This document shows positions 9,434 to 18,819 of a DNA stretch of 64,000 nucleotides, piece after piece. The DNA is taken from contig DASYRG010000008.1 in the NCBI GenBank assembly GCA_036004665.1, forward strand, positions 82,754 through 146,753, in the 5' to 3' direction. The notes under the pieces were generated by a model. It was not told the origin of the DNA, searched no databases, and saw only the letters and a list, made by a program, of their open reading frames with translations. Source of the DNA: a bacterium. GTDB taxonomy: Bacteria; Sysuimicrobiota; Sysuimicrobiia; Sysuimicrobiales; Humicultoraceae. Numbering within the stretch: position 1 is the stretch's first letter; each line of letters opens with the position of its first letter. Position numbers and translations under genes: made by a program.

Positions 9434-10339
9434 ATGGACGGAGTCCTCAACGTCCTCAAGCCGGCGGGGATGACCTCCCACGACGTGGTCGACGTGCTGC
9501 GGCGACTGGCCGGTCAGCGCCGGGTCGGGCACACCGGGACCCTCGATCCCGGCGCGGCGGGCGTGCTGGTGCTGGTGCTCGGCCGGGCCACCAAGATCGC
9601 CGAGTTTCTCACGGCCTCTGACAAGGCCTACCGGGTGGAGGTCGCCTTCGGCGTCGCCACCGACAGCGGAGACGCGTTCGGAACAGTCGTGCGCACCACC
9701 GATGCGGCGGCTGTCACGGAAGGGCGCTTGCGAGATCTGTTGCCGCGGTTCACCGGAACGCTCCAGCAGACCCCGCCGCTGACGTCGGCCGTGAAGGTGG
9801 GCGGCGTCCGCCTCTACCGCCGGGCGCGCCGGGGAGAAATCGTCGAGGTGCCTCCCCGCGAGGTGACGATCCACCGCCTCGACCTGCTGCACTTCTGGGA
9901 GGGGCCACCCCCGCGAGCGATGCTGGATGTGGAATGTTCCAAGGGCACCTACGTGCGGGCCCTCGCCCGAGACCTCGGGGAGGCGCTGTCGGTCGGGGCG
10001 CACGCCTCCTTCATGCTCAGGCGGCGGGTGGGACGGTTCGCCTTGGAGGAGAGCCGCACGCTGGAGGCTCTGACGCGGCTCGCCGAGGAGGGAAGCCTGC
10101 CCGGCGCGCTGCTGGACATGGACGAGGCGCTGGCGGATCTCCCGGCGGTGGACCTCGCGCCCGGCCAGCGGCGGTCCGTCCTGGAGGGGATTCCCCTTCC
10201 GCTCTTTCGCGTACCGGACTGGCAGGCTCTGCCGCCGGGCGCGTCGATCCGGCTGCGCGACCGCGGCGCGCTGATCGCCCTGGGGCGCGTGGAGGCGGGA
10301 GCGCTGCGCCCCTTCAAAGTGTTGAGCGGTCCCTCTTGA
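9434..10339 (+). CDS. truB: tRNA pseudouridine-55 synthase
   Basis: MDGVLNVLKPAGMTSHDVV and GHTGTLDPGAAGVLV motifs; the ATG at 9434 follows the nrnA stop; the ORF-track start at 9299 overlaps nrnA. Confidence 0.9.
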   Translation: MDGVLNVLKPAGMTSHDVVDVLRRLAGQRRVGHTGTLDPGAAGVLVLVLGRATKIAEFLTASDKAYRVEVAFGVATDSGDAFGTVVRTTDAAAVTEGRLRDLLPRFTGTLQQTPPLTSAVKVGGVRLYRRARRGEIVEVPPREVTIHRLDLLHFWEGPPPRAMLDVECSKGTYVRALARDLGEALSVGAHASFMLRRRVGRFALEESRTLEALTRLAEEGSLPGALLDMDEALADLPAVDLAPGQRRSVLEGIPLPLFRVPDWQALPPGASIRLRDRGALIALGRVEAGALRPFKVLSGPS

Positions 10340-11272
10340 ATGGAGGTCCTCCGAGCGCTTGAGGGGCTGGTCGCGAGCAGCCGGCCGGTCACGCTGGCTC
10401 TGGGCATGTTCGACGGCGTTCACCTGGGGCATCGGGCGGTGCTCGCCCGGACGAAGGAGGAAGCGGCCCTGGCCGGGAGCCGGGCCGGGGCGCTCACCTT
10501 CGACCCGCACCCGCAGCGCGTGATCGCCCCGCCCCCCGATCCGATCCTCCTGACTACCGTCGATGAGCGCCTCGATCTCTTCGCCGGACTCGGCATGGAT
10601 CTCGCGGTGGTGCTGCGTTTTGATCAGACCCTCCGCGAGACTCCTCCCGAGGAGTGGCTCTCCCTACTCGGAGAGGCTGCCCGCGGCGGGGTCGTGTCCA
10701 GCGCGCACTACACCTTTGGACGAGATCGGGCGGGGACCGTTGACACGCTTCGGGCGGGGGCAGCACAGCTGGGCTTCGGCGTGACGGTCGTTCCCCCTGT
10801 GCACGTCGCCTCCACCCTGGTAAGCAGCACGCTGATCCGGCGCCTGGTGCGAAGGGGAGAGATGGAGGAGGCGGCGCGGTTCCTGGGGCGACGGTACCTG
10901 GTCCGCGGCCGGGTAGTGGAAGGAGAGCAGCGGGGCCGCACCCTGGGCTTCCCCACCGCCAATCTGGAGGTCGATTCCGACAAGATCCTTCCCGCCAAAG
11001 GCATCTACGCCGGTTGGTGCCGGTGGGAAGCCGACCTCGTCCCTGCGGCCATCAGTGTCGGAGTCCGTCCCACCTTTGGGCATGGGGCGCTGCTCGTCGA
11101 GGCGCACCTCCTCGATTTCGCCGGCGATCTCTACGGGCAAGAGATCGAACTGGTGTTTGCCTCGCGGCTCCGCGACGAACTGGCCTTTCGCAGCGTGACC
11201 GACCTGGTGGCTCAGATGGCGCGGGACGTCGCCCTCGTGCGGGAGGTCCTGGCGGGGTCTCCTCTATGCTAG
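10340..11272 (+). CDS. ribF: bifunctional riboflavin kinase / FAD synthetase
   Basis: 310 aa; [16 protein letters not shown] and the C-terminal riboflavin kinase region GFPTANL. Confidence 0.9.
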   Translation: MEVLRALEGLVASSRPVTLALGMFDGVHLGHRAVLARTKEEAALAGSRAGALTFDPHPQRVIAPPPDPILLTTVDERLDLFAGLGMDLAVVLRFDQTLRETPPEEWLSLLGEAARGGVVSSAHYTFGRDRAGTVDTLRAGAAQLGFGVTVVPPVHVASTLVSSTLIRRLVRRGEMEEAARFLGRRYLVRGRVVEGEQRGRTLGFPTANLEVDSDKILPAKGIYAGWCRWEADLVPAAISVGVRPTFGHGALLVEAHLLDFAGDLYGQEIELVFASRLRDELAFRSVTDLVAQMARDVALVREVLAGSPLC

Positions 11273-11394
11273 AATCAATGATGGCCCCGGCTGGGAGCGC
11301 CGAAGCTCCAACGGCTTCTCGGCTGCGGGCGTCGCTGTATCATCGCCCTCGCCGCCCCATGCGCGGATCCGGCGGGGGATCGGAGGAGCACCCA

Positions 11395-11664
11395 ATGAGT
11401 CTGCAGCGGGGGGAAAAGCAGTCGATCCTGACGGCCTACCGCCGTCATGAGGGCGACACGGGATCTCCGGAGGTCCAGATCGCCCTGCTCACCGAACGGA
11501 TCAACCAGCTCACTGAGCATCTGCGCGCGCACAAACGGGACTTTCACTCCCGCCGTGGCCTGCTGAAGATGGTGGGCCGGCGCCGCCGGCTCCTCACCTA
11601 TCTCATGAAGTCGGAGGTGGACCGCTACCGTCAGGTGGTGCAGCGGTTGGGGCTGCGCGGATGA
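11395..11664 (+). CDS. rpsO: 30S ribosomal protein S15
   Basis: 89 aa; [43 protein letters not shown]; GGAGGAG RBS 7 nt upstream; the ORF-track start at 11014 lies inside ribF. Confidence 0.95.
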   Translation: MSLQRGEKQSILTAYRRHEGDTGSPEVQIALLTERINQLTEHLRAHKRDFHSRRGLLKMVGRRRRLLTYLMKSEVDRYRQVVQRLGLRG

Positions 11665-11696
11665 ACGGCTGGTGGCATAGCATCGAGCACCGAGGA

Positions 11697-11786
11697 GATG
11701 GAGCGGGGGACTCCCCGCTCCGCTTGCTGTAGGCCCATGAGGCCCGGACCGGGGCCGAAGGTAAGCGGCCGGCGCAAGCCGGCCGC
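11697..11786 (+). promoter_or_regulatory. structured rpsO-pnp intercistronic leader: a 9-10 bp GC hairpin (GGAGCGGGG-GACU-CCCCGCUCC) and a 9-bp hairpin with a GCAA tetraloop; candidate RNase III / PNPase autoregulation site
   Basis: Strong hairpins seen directly; E. coli pnp is autoregulated through an RNase III-cleaved leader hairpin. Confidence 0.5.
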
Positions 11787-11817
11787 GACGTGAGCCAGTA
11801 ACCATCAGGAGGATGGC

Positions 11818-14226
11818 ATGATCGTTTCGACACAACGTCAGGTAGAGATTCAAGTCGGGGGGCGGACGCTCTCCTTCGAGACCGGGCTGCTGGCCCGCCA
11901 GGCCGACGGCGCCGTCGTGGTGCGGTACGGCGACAGCCTGGTCCTGGTGACGGCCACGGGCGCCGCCGAACCCCGCGCCGGCATCGACTTCTTCCCGCTG
12001 ACCTGTGACTACGAAGAGAAGATGTACGCCGCAGGGAAGATCCCCGGCGGGTTCTTCAAGCGGGAGGGCCGGCCTGGAGAAGGCGCCATCCTCACCGCGC
12101 GCCTGATGGACCGCCCGATCCGTCCGCTCTTCCCCAAAGGGATGCGCCACGACGTTCAGGTGATCGCCACCGTGCTCTCCACGGACCAGGAGAACGATCC
12201 CGCCATCCTGGCCGTCAACGGCGCTTCTGCGGCGCTGATGCTCTCCGGACTGCCGTTTGAGGGGCCGGTCGGCGCGGTGCGCGTGGGCCTCATCGACGGC
12301 ACGCTGGTGATCAACCCGACCATGCGGCAAATCGAGGAGCAGAGCTGGCTGGATCTAGTCGTGGCGGGGACGGCCGGAGCGATCATCATGATCGAGGCGG
12401 GGGCGAAAGAGGTCCCTGAGGAGCAGATGGTGGCGGCCCTCGACCTCGCCCAGACCGAGATCCGGCGGATCGTGGAGATTCAGAACAGGTTGGCTGAACT
12501 GGCGGCCAAACCCCGGCGGGAGATCCCCCTGGCCCTTCCCGATCCCGCGCTTGCCGCCGTCGTACGCGAGGCGGCCCTCCCGCAGATCGTCGAGGTCTAC
12601 AGGCACTCTGAGAAGATGGCGCGCGAGGAAGCGTTGCGAGACATCCAGCGCACGGTCGCGCAGACCCTGATGGAGCGTGATTCGGACCGCTACGGGGGCG
12701 CTGGCGCTGCCGTGGCGGACGTCGTCGATGCGCTGGCCAAGGAGGAGATGCGGCGCCGGGTCCTCGGGGAGGGGCGGCGCGCCGATGGGCGGGGCACGAC
12801 GGAGATCCGGCCCCTTACCATCCAGGTCGGGCTGCTCCCGCGGGCGCACGGCTCGGGACTGTTCCAGCGCGGGCAGACCCAGGTGCTCACCGTGACCACC
12901 CTCGGCACCGGCGAGGACGAGCAGAAGCTGGACAACCTGGGTCTGGCCGAACGCAAGCGGTACATGCATCACTACTCCTTTCCGCCTTTCAGCGTCGGAG
13001 AGGTCCGGCCGCTGCGGGGGGCGGGGCGCCGCGAGATCGGACACGGGGCGCTGGCGGAGCGGGCGCTGGCGTGGGCGATTCCCTCCGCGGAGGCCTTCCC
13101 GTACACCATCCGTCTGGTCTCGGAAGTGCTGGAGTCGAACGGCTCCACCTCGATGGCCGCCGTCTGCGGCTCGACGCTCGCCCTCATGGACGCGGGCGTG
13201 CCCATCCGAGCGGCGGTCGCCGGCATCTCCGTGGGGCTGATCACCGACGATGCGGGCCGGGCCGCCCTCCTCACCGACATCCTGGGGATGGAGGACGAGA
13301 TGGGCGACATGGACTTCAAGGTCGCCGGCACGCGGGACGGGATCACGGCGATTCAACTGGACCTGAAGATCAAGGGGCTGAACCGGGAGCTGCTGCTGGG
13401 CGCCCTAGCCCAGGCGCGGGATGCCCGCCTGACCATCCTGGACCGGATGACCGAGGTCCTGCCCGGGCCGCGGACAACGCTCTCCCCCTACGCGCCGCGC
13501 ATCCTGACGATGGAGATCAACCCCGAGCGCATCCGCGAGGTGATCGGTCCCGGCGGCAAGGTGATCAACAAGATCACGCAGGAGACCGGCGCCAAGATCG
13601 ACATTGAGCAGGACGGCCGGATCGCCATCGCCTCGGTGGACGAGGCGGCGGCGCGGCGGGCGATGGCGATGATCGAAGAGATCGTCCGCGAGGTGAAGGT
13701 GGGCGAGCTGTACCTGGGACGCGTCACGCGGCTGATGAACTTCGGCGCCTTCGTCGAGGTGCTTCCCGGCAAGGAAGGACTCGTGCACATCTCCGATCTC
13801 TCCGATGACCGGGTGGAGAAGGTCGAAGACGTGGTCAAGGTGGGAGACGAACTGCTGGTCAAGGTCAAGGAGATCGACAATCTCGGCCGCGTCAACCTGA
13901 CGCGGCGGGGGATCGGGGCCGACGAAGAGAGCGCGATCCCCCAGGGCATGACCGCCCCGCCGCTGCGTCCCCAGCGCGACGATCGGGGGCGAGGAGGAGG
14001 ACGGGGCGGACCGGGCCGACCGGGGCGGGGACGCAGCGGAGGAGGCCGCGGTCCCGACGGTGGCCGGGGCGGGCGTCCCCAGGGCCCGCGCAGCCAAGGG
14101 CGAGGTGAACACCGCGGCGCCGGCGCCCGCGGGGGGTCGGAAAGGCCGCGCGGGGGCGGTTCAGAGAGTGGGGGATCTGGAGGGGCTTCGGGAGAGGGCG
14201 GAGGCGGAACCGGCCCTGCACGCTGA
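11818..14226 (+). CDS. pnp: polynucleotide phosphorylase with a ~90-aa Arg/Gly-rich (RGG-type) C-terminal tail
   Basis: 802 aa; RNase PH, KH and S1 domains (GELYLGRVTRLMNFGAFVEV); low-complexity tail after the S1 domain. Confidence 0.95.
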   Translation: MIVSTQRQVEIQVGGRTLSFETGLLARQADGAVVVRYGDSLVLVTATGAAEPRAGIDFFPLTCDYEEKMYAAGKIPGGFFKREGRPGEGAILTARLMDRPIRPLFPKGMRHDVQVIATVLSTDQENDPAILAVNGASAALMLSGLPFEGPVGAVRVGLIDGTLVINPTMRQIEEQSWLDLVVAGTAGAIIMIEAGAKEVPEEQMVAALDLAQTEIRRIVEIQNRLAELAAKPRREIPLALPDPALAAVVREAALPQIVEVYRHSEKMAREEALRDIQRTVAQTLMERDSDRYGGAGAAVADVVDALAKEEMRRRVLGEGRRADGRGTTEIRPLTIQVGLLPRAHGSGLFQRGQTQVLTVTTLGTGEDEQKLDNLGLAERKRYMHHYSFPPFSVGEVRPLRGAGRREIGHGALAERALAWAIPSAEAFPYTIRLVSEVLESNGSTSMAAVCGSTLALMDAGVPIRAAVAGISVGLITDDAGRAALLTDILGMEDEMGDMDFKVAGTRDGITAIQLDLKIKGLNRELLLGALAQARDARLTILDRMTEVLPGPRTTLSPYAPRILTMEINPERIREVIGPGGKVINKITQETGAKIDIEQDGRIAIASVDEAAARRAMAMIEEIVREVKVGELYLGRVTRLMNFGAFVEVLPGKEGLVHISDLSDDRVEKVEDVVKVGDELLVKVKEIDNLGRVNLTRRGIGADEESAIPQGMTAPPLRPQRDDRGRGGGRGGPGRPGRGRSGGGRGPDGGRGGRPQGPRSQGRGEHRGAGARGGSERPRGGGSESGGSGGASGEGGGGTGPAR

Positions 14227-15518
14227 TGACGCAGCGGACTGAACACACCATCCTGCCGAACGGCATCCAGGTGATCACCGAGACGATGCCCGCGGTGCGC
14301 ACGGCCGCGGTGGGCATTTGGATCGGCACCGGCTCGCGCTACGAGGAGGCGGCCCTGGGGGGGATCTCCCACTTCCTCGAACACCTCTTCTTTAAAGGCA
14401 CGGAGAGTCGCACCGCCCTCGACATCGCCAGCGCGGCTGACGCCATCGGCGCGCAGCTCAACGCCTTCACCGACCGGGAAGGCACCGTCCTCTACGGCAA
14501 GGCGCTGTCGAACCACCTTCCCGCCGTCCTCGACCTGATGGCGGACATGCTGCTGCGCGCCTCCCTGGACCCCGAGGCCCTGGAGCGGGAGCGGCAGGTG
14601 ATCCTCGAAGAGATCAAGATGTATGAGGACTCACCGGACGAGCTCGTGCAGGATCTCTTTGCCCAGACCGTCTGGAACGGCCATCCCCTCGGCCGGCCGG
14701 TCATCGGCACGGTGGACACGGTGCGCGCCCTCACGCGCGAGGACTTCCTGCGCTACCGGGCGCAGCACTACCGGCCGGGCAACGTCATCGTGGCCGTGGC
14801 CGGCGACGTCCGCCACGCCGAGGTCGTCGGGCTGGTGGCCGAACGTCTCGGAGCGTGGGAGGGGGCGGTCCCCGCACGGCCAACCGAGCGTCCTTTGGTC
14901 CGTCCCGATATCTCGCTGCGCCCTAAAGAGACTGAGCAGGTGCACCTCACCGTGGGCACGCGGGGACTGCCGCAGGGAGACGAAGGGCGATACGTCATGG
15001 CTATCCTCGACGGAATCCTGGGCGGGGGGATGTCCAGCCGGCTCTTTCAGGAGATCCGGGAGCGGCGCGGCCTGGTGTACACCATTACCACCTACCACTC
15101 CGCCTACCGGGATGCCGGGCTCTTCGTCGTCTATGGGGCGATGAGCCCGCCGGCGGCGCCGCAGGTGACCTCGCTCATCATGGAAGAGTTCGAGAAGATC
15201 AAGGACCGGATTCCCCCCGAGGAACTGAGCCGGGCCAAGGAGTCCCTCAAGGGCGTGATCATGCTGTCGCTGGAGTCCACTGACAGCCGGATGTTCAACC
15301 TGGCGCGCTCGCAGATCTACTTCGGCCGGCAGTTCACCCTTGATGAGATCCTGGCGCGCATCGACGCGGTCACCGCCGAGCAGGTGCAGGCGATGGCGGC
15401 GGAGACCCTCATCCCGGAGCGGCTGGCGCTGGCGGCCATCGGACCGTTCCGCCCTGACGGATCCCTCTCCCGCACACTCACGCAGGCCTTCCGCGCGGAA
15501 AGCGCACTCACCGCGTAA
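14226..15518 (+). CDS. M16-family zinc peptidase (MlpA/YmxG-like)
   Basis: 430 aa; HFLEHLFFKGT inverted zincin motif; ATG overlaps the pnp stop (ctgATGa). Confidence 0.85.
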   Translation: MTQRTEHTILPNGIQVITETMPAVRTAAVGIWIGTGSRYEEAALGGISHFLEHLFFKGTESRTALDIASAADAIGAQLNAFTDREGTVLYGKALSNHLPAVLDLMADMLLRASLDPEALERERQVILEEIKMYEDSPDELVQDLFAQTVWNGHPLGRPVIGTVDTVRALTREDFLRYRAQHYRPGNVIVAVAGDVRHAEVVGLVAERLGAWEGAVPARPTERPLVRPDISLRPKETEQVHLTVGTRGLPQGDEGRYVMAILDGILGGGMSSRLFQEIRERRGLVYTITTYHSAYRDAGLFVVYGAMSPPAAPQVTSLIMEEFEKIKDRIPPEELSRAKESLKGVIMLSLESTDSRMFNLARSQIYFGRQFTLDEILARIDAVTAEQVQAMAAETLIPERLALAAIGPFRPDGSLSRTLTQAFRAESALTA

Positions 15519-15530
15519 GGGTCTCTAAGA

Positions 15531-15601
15531 GAGGATGAGAGCCGCACCCTCGGAAACCGAACTACAGGATCACGGTTTCCTTGGGTGCGGGTCTCATCCT
15601 C
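15531..15601. repeat. nested-hairpin element copy B: 19-bp outer stem with one mismatch, inner 8-bp stem GGAAACCG/CGGTTTCC, 13-nt apical loop AACTACAGGATCA
   Basis: Read directly; begins 13 nt after the M16 peptidase stop. Confidence 0.7.
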
Positions 15602-15655
15602 GCGTACAAATCCTCACCCGGTGGGCCCGTTACGAGCGGGGATCGCGTGCGTGTG

Positions 15656-15724
15656 AGGCTGAGGAACCCATCCGAGGAAACCGTGATCCTGTAGTTCGGT
15701 TTCGGAGGATGGGTTCCTCAGCCT
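15656..15724. repeat. nested-hairpin element copy C: 18-bp perfect outer stem of unrelated sequence; the core is the reverse complement of copy B's, matching 28 of 29 positions
   Basis: Read directly; ends 17 nt before the dapB GTG. Confidence 0.7.
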
Positions 15725-15740
15725 GAGAGGTACGTTCGCC

Positions 15741-16547
15741 GTGACGGACGCGATCCGGGTGGTTGTGAGTGGTGCGGCGGGGAGAATGGGGCGCGCGGCC
15801 GTGCGCGCCATCGCCGGCAGCGCCGATCTGGCGCTCACTGGTGCGGTGGGACGCAGCCGGGCGGTCGGCGACGATGCCGGCCTGACCGCGGGGCTCTCCG
15901 CTCTCGACGTCCGGATCGACGACGACCTTGCATCCCTGCTGGATCGCACGCGCCCCGACGTGCTGGTGGAGTTCGCCCCAGGCGCCGCGGCGGCGGCGCA
16001 TGCGCGGACGGCCATTCCGCGGGGCGTGCGTCCGGTGATCGGCGCGACCGGCCTCGCCCCCCAGGACGTTCAGGATCTCACAGGGCTGTGCGAAGCCCGC
16101 CGGGTCGGCGCCGTCATCGCCCCCAACTTCGCTCTGGGGGCGGTCCTGATGATGCAGTTCGCGCGCGCCGCCGCGCGGCACTTTCCCCACGTTGAAGTGA
16201 TCGAACTCCACCATGACCGTAAGCGCGACGCCCCCTCCGGCACCGCTGCCAAGACCGCGCAGATGATTGCCGACGCCCGGGGCGAGGCGCCAGTGCCGAA
16301 GGTCCAGGAGGAAGAGACCGCGGCGGGGGCGCGGGGCGGGACGGTGGGCGGCGTGCGGGTGCACAGCGTCCGCCTGCCCGGGCTGGTCGCCCATCAGGAG
16401 GTCATCTTCGGCGGTGCTGGCCAGGCCCTGACCATCCGCCATGACTCCTTCAACGAAGAGTCCTTCATGCCAGGGTTGCTGCTGGCGATCCGCCGCGTGA
16501 TGTCCTTGAGCAGCCTGGTCTACGGCCTGGAGAACCTGCTCGAGTAG
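15741..16547 (+). CDS. dapB: 4-hydroxy-tetrahydrodipicolinate reductase
   Basis: 268 aa; IRVVVSGAAGRMGRA NAD(P)-binding N-terminus; GTG start. Confidence 0.85.
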   Translation: MTDAIRVVVSGAAGRMGRAAVRAIAGSADLALTGAVGRSRAVGDDAGLTAGLSALDVRIDDDLASLLDRTRPDVLVEFAPGAAAAAHARTAIPRGVRPVIGATGLAPQDVQDLTGLCEARRVGAVIAPNFALGAVLMMQFARAAARHFPHVEVIELHHDRKRDAPSGTAAKTAQMIADARGEAPVPKVQEEETAAGARGGTVGGVRVHSVRLPGLVAHQEVIFGGAGQALTIRHDSFNEESFMPGLLLAIRRVMSLSSLVYGLENLLE

Positions 16548-16564
16548 GCCCCGACCGTCTCTCT

Positions 16565-17677
16565 ATGCGTATCGAGCGCATCGAGGTCTACGGCTACGAC
16601 CTCTCCTATGCACACGGAGAGTACGTCATGTCGGGTGGCCGCGCCGTCAGCCGTCTGCCCTCGACCGTCGTCCGCGTCCTGACCGATACGGACGCGGAAG
16701 GGTATGGGGAGGTCTGCCCGCTGGGTCCCACCTACCTACCCTCGTTTGCCGAAGGGGCGCGGGCGGCCCTGCGCGTGCTGGCTCCCGCGCTGATCGGCGC
16801 CGACCCCCTCAACCTGGCGGCCGTCGGCGAGCGGCTCGACCACGCGCTGCGCGGGCACGAGTATGCGAAGAGTCCGCTGGACGTCGCCTGCTGGGACATT
16901 CTTGCCAGAACCGCGGGCCAGCCGCTGACGACACTGCTGGGCGGGGTGCGGCAGACCCAGTTCGCTCTCTACATGGCCGTCCCGCTCGGTCCGGCGGAGG
17001 CGATGGTCGAGTACGTCCTCGCCCGCCGGGCTGAGGGCATCCACCGGTTTCAGTTGAAGGTTGGGGCGGATCCACGGGAGGACGCCGCGAGGGTCCGGCG
17101 CGTCGTGGAGGCAACCCAGGAAGACGACGTGGTCATCGCCGACGCCAACGGTGGGTGGCGGCTCAACGACGCACTCGTCGCGGCGCGGTTGCTTGAACCG
17201 ATGTCTCGCGTCTACCTGGAGCAGCCCTGTCCCACACTCGAAGAGTGCGCGTGGATCCGGTCGATCACCTCTCTGCCGATGATCTATGATGAGATCGTCA
17301 CCGATGTCCCCTCGATGCTGGCCGTCGTGCGGGAGGGTGGAGGCGGAGGGATCAATCTCAAGATCAGCCGGGTCGGTGGCCTCAGCCGGGCGCGAGTGCT
17401 CCGTGATCTGGCTGAAGCCCTGGGCATCGCGTTGACGATCGAGGATTCCTGGGGCGGGGACGTGGTGACCGCGGCAGTGAGCCATCTGGCCGCGACGGTG
17501 AGGCCGGAGGCGCTCTTTACCGTCTCCTTCATGAACGACTGGGTGAACGAGCATGTCGCCGGCTATCAGCCGCGCTCCCGGGGCGGCTTTGGCGCCCCTC
17601 CGGCGCAGCCCGGACTGGGTATTGACGTCGACCGGTCCGTTCTGGGCGCGGCACTCTTCGTCACTCCGGACATCTGA
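16565..17677 (+). CDS. enolase-superfamily enzyme (mandelate racemase / muconate lactonizing enzyme family; possibly a dipeptide epimerase-like protein), embedded in the dap operon
   Basis: 370 aa; MR/MLE N-terminal and TIM-barrel regions with the expected K and D/E metal ligands (KVGADP, IADANGGW, LEQPC). Confidence 0.7.
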   Translation: MRIERIEVYGYDLSYAHGEYVMSGGRAVSRLPSTVVRVLTDTDAEGYGEVCPLGPTYLPSFAEGARAALRVLAPALIGADPLNLAAVGERLDHALRGHEYAKSPLDVACWDILARTAGQPLTTLLGGVRQTQFALYMAVPLGPAEAMVEYVLARRAEGIHRFQLKVGADPREDAARVRRVVEATQEDDVVIADANGGWRLNDALVAARLLEPMSRVYLEQPCPTLEECAWIRSITSLPMIYDEIVTDVPSMLAVVREGGGGGINLKISRVGGLSRARVLRDLAEALGIALTIEDSWGGDVVTAAVSHLAATVRPEALFTVSFMNDWVNEHVAGYQPRSRGGFGAPPAQPGLGIDVDRSVLGAALFVTPDI

Positions 17678-17717
17678 CGCAAGGAACGCTTCGAACGCGC
17701 AGCGAAATTTCGAGAGA

Positions 17718-18782
17718 ATGAGCGGGGAAGGATTCACGGTCGCCGTCGTCGGCGCCACCGGCGTGGTCGGGAGTGAGATGGTCCGGGTTCTCTCCCAACG
17801 CGGTTTTCCCGTCAGACGTCTCCGCCTCTTCGCGACCGCGCGCTCTGCCGGTCGACACCTCCCCTTCGGGGATCACGACCTCGAGATTGAAGAGACCTCG
17901 GCGGCGGCCCTGGCCGGCCATGAGGTCGTGCTCTTCGCCGGAGGGGACGATGCCAGCCGGCAGTTCGCCTGGACCGTCGCCGACGGCGGCGGGGTGGCGA
18001 TCGACAACTCTTCTACCTGGCGGCTCGACCCCCGCGTGCCGCTCGTCATCCCCGAAGTGAACGCGCACCTCCTCGCCACCCACCAGGGGGTCATCGCCAA
18101 CCCCAACTGCACGGCCGCCACGATCGTGATGGTGCTCGCGCCGCTGCATCGCGCGGCCGGCATCAAGCGAGCGGTGGTGGCGACCTACCAATCGGTCTCC
18201 GGAGGCGGCGCCGACAACGTGCGCGCCCTGCTCGAGCAGACCCGGGCGCTGCTGGACGAGGCGGACGCCCTCCAGTTCGGCCCCCTAGACCGGATCGAGC
18301 GGGCGGCGGGCACGCCGCACCCGCTCGCCTTCAATGTCCTGCCGCAGTGGAAGTGGGGCCCAGACGGGTACACCGAAGAGGAGCTGAAGATCGTCGTCGA
18401 GACCCACAAGATCATGGACGCCGACTTTCCGGTGCTGCCCACCACCGTGCGGGTGCCGGTGCTGGTCGGCCACACCGTGGCGATGCATCTGGACCTGGAG
18501 CGTCCACTCCCGCCCGAAGAGGCGCGCCGGATTCTGGCGGCGAGTGCGGGAGTCGAAGTGGTGGACGCCCCCGAAGCGGGCCGATTCCCCACACCGGTGC
18601 TCAGCGCGGGGCGGGACGAGGTGCTGGTGGGACGCATCCGCCGCGATCCCACCTCGGCCACCGGGCTGCTCCTGGTCGCCGCGGGCGACAATCTGCGCAA
18701 GGGCGCCGCCCTCAACGCGGTGCAGATTGCGGAAGCCCTCGTGGCTCAGCGGCTGCTGCCGCGGGCACCGGCACGGGCGTGA
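17718..18782 (+). CDS. asd: aspartate-semialdehyde dehydrogenase
   Basis: FTVAVVGATGVVGSEMVRVL N-terminus, NPNCTA active-site Cys; ATG at 17718; the ORF-track start at 17553 overlaps the enolase-family gene. Confidence 0.9.
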   Translation: MSGEGFTVAVVGATGVVGSEMVRVLSQRGFPVRRLRLFATARSAGRHLPFGDHDLEIEETSAAALAGHEVVLFAGGDDASRQFAWTVADGGGVAIDNSSTWRLDPRVPLVIPEVNAHLLATHQGVIANPNCTAATIVMVLAPLHRAAGIKRAVVATYQSVSGGGADNVRALLEQTRALLDEADALQFGPLDRIERAAGTPHPLAFNVLPQWKWGPDGYTEEELKIVVETHKIMDADFPVLPTTVRVPVLVGHTVAMHLDLERPLPPEEARRILAASAGVEVVDAPEAGRFPTPVLSAGRDEVLVGRIRRDPTSATGLLLVAAGDNLRKGAALNAVQIAEALVAQRLLPRAPARA

Positions 18783-18819
18783 TCGAGCAGGGGAGGAGAG
18801 TCAAAGGACTGCCGTTCGC

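Noticed and set aside
15531-15724. CRISPR array
   Set aside because: Only two to four copies are present, and they are dispersed. The conserved unit lies inside hairpin loops rather than forming uniform direct repeats with similar-length spacers, and no cas genes are present.
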